Origin: Macrostomum lignano
Taxonomy: Eukaryota
Direction: 5' to 3'
Length of the DNA stretch: 61,823 bases
Assembly: GCA_002269645.1 (NCBI GenBank)
Contig: NIVC01000321.1
Span: forward strand, 1-61,823
The translations under genes were made by a program, and so were the position numbers. Positions 60,394 through 61,823 of this stretch are shown one piece after another. The first letter of the stretch is position 1. The number at the start of each line of letters is the position of its first letter. The notes beneath the pieces are model-generated. The model had not been told where the DNA came from and ran no database searches. It saw only the letters and a program-made list of their open reading frames with translations.

Positions 60394-61491
60394 CTAAGGG
60401 GATACGGGGGCGACTCCTGATGTTCCCGTGCCCCTGAGTCCTCGAGTCATTGGCGTGGAAACTCCGGATCCCCTTCGCGGTGGAAGGAGGCTTCGGAGTG
60501 GCTCTGGCCGCACCGGCGGCATCGGTGAGCAAATCGGCACTGAGCTCTGGAGCAGCACCAGCCCGGTTGAAGTCAAAACAGATTCCCTGGCCTCCTTTCG
60601 AGTTGCACGAGCGTTCGCCTGATCCGATTTGCCTGGCGCCATCAGGTACGCTGCCACAAGCCCAAGGTCAGATGCTGGCTGATTCCAACTCTGATTCTGC
60701 TGCTTCTGCGTGCGACACTCGTCATCGAACCGCATCACCTTCGGCCGATCAAAGCCAAGATCGAACAATTCGCCAACCCGAGCATTAATGCGAAGATACT
60801 CAACCAGCTCCGAAACATCCACGGTTCCCGTCTCGGAAAGACGCACCAGCTTGCTGTCATGCAACATGTGAATCAGCGCGTTCGCGTTTCCAGTAATCCA
60901 GTCACCGAATGACATCGACTCAACAGCCGCTGACTTTGACTTCATACTCACGTGGCCCGATTTATCGACTGTGGTGGCCAACCCGGCATCCTTCTGCTTA
61001 CGGCTACTTAGGTGTTCCACCGGCCTGTACGCCCCTCCGGCAACTGTCCCTTCTGACTCAAGGTTGGGGCCCTCATTCAAAACCCTCTCAGAAAGGCACG
61101 ACATCTCACCGGGGGGATCATTGCGTCTCCGTAAATCGCGAGCGTCAGCTTCTAGAGCGGTTTCTTGCTTGCGCAGAGTCAGAGGCGCACCCTCTTCTCC
61201 GCGAGCTCCAGCTCCTTGTCCAGGTCGCCTCCCACAGCGCCAGTCGGGCCCCTGCCGCCGCTCCAGCCGCCTTGAGGCTCAAAGGCCGCAGCTCCACGTC
61301 CGCTGCTTTGACTGCTTCTGGAAGTGTTGTCCGTGTCTAGTTCTTTTTGCCGTGGATCAGTGCGGCATTGAGTTCCAGTTGCGTTGCTTCGTGATGAGCA
61401 GCAAGCGCTCCCTGAGTACTTCCTTACAGCCGTTTGCAGAGAGGCCTGCCTGTCTAAGCGCGGCCTTCAGGCCTTTCACAGTCTCGGGCAT
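60394..61491 (-). pseudogene. Ngaro-like gag with N-terminal SAP domain
   Basis: MPETVKGLKAALRQAGLSANGCKEVLRERL at 61491; EYLRINARVGEL..VMRFDDECR. Confidence 0.75.
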
Positions 61492-61823
61492 ATGCACTCT
61501 GTGGTTTGAGTCAGCCATTGCTATTCAGGGGTAGCCGCCGAGAACAAGAAATTCAACGCCGCGAGAACAAGCGATCTCAGCTCAAAGCGAGGCCTAAAAG
61601 GCACAGAATACGACCACCCACCCCAACGCCGCAAACCCACCCCCACGGGTGGAGCCAAACAACCCTCCTAGCCAATCGCAAACGCCGGTTAGCCACGCCG
61701 TACAAGCGCGCTAGGCAAACCGGTCATTACTCAAACTCTAGCTACGGTGGAAAGATCGGGAAAAGCGCGAATCACACCACCAACACACCGCTGTGCATAA
61801 TACAAAACAATATATAGATAAAA

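Larger units (their letters stand above)
57350..61823 (-). mobile_element. Defective DIRS-order tyrosine-recombinase retrotransposon, Ngaro-like; 5' end may extend beyond window
   Basis: gag, RT-RNaseH, YR order; no methyltransferase ORF seen; RT N-terminus ALGAIPK..RLIYDCSRPEGLAVND. Confidence 0.85.

Overview
Eukaryotic (metazoan, invertebrate-like) genomic window, heavily nested with mobile elements. The GC-rich exons, (GACA)n and minisatellite-filled introns are reminiscent of the flatworm Macrostomum, but this is inference only. Three host genes can be assembled by hand with phase-consistent GT-AG introns: PIG-W (minus, 5 exons, one frameshift), mitochondrial ribosomal protein uL1m/MRPL1 (plus, 3 exons) and the voltage-gated proton channel Hv1 (plus, 3 exons). 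Mobile content: the probable right end of a Polinton/Maverick (penton gene plus TIR) inserted into a Mag-like Gypsy; two RNase H-bearing LINEs with TSDs; a full-length 10 kb Gypsy (4-bp TSD, tRNA-Leu PBS, -1 frameshift signal, repeat-filled RNaseH-integrase linker, extra ORF); hAT-, P-, Kolobok- and Tc1-like non-autonomous elements; and an Ngaro-like YR retroelement. Top candidates for novelty: (1) a spliced Crypton-like gene joining C2H2 zinc fingers, a tyrosine recombinase and a PWWP chromatin-reader domain in one reading frame (52.9-56.8 kb); (2) a decayed endogenous negative-strand RNA virus polymerase resembling Qinviridae, present twice, with a spliced orphan gene between the copies, all antisense inside MRPL1 intron 2 (36.2-42.1 kb); (3) kb-scale CpG-void tracts and asymmetric CpG loss between twin LTRs, suggesting local methylation or a RIP-like mutator. 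All family assignments come from motif recognition by eye and no database was searched.
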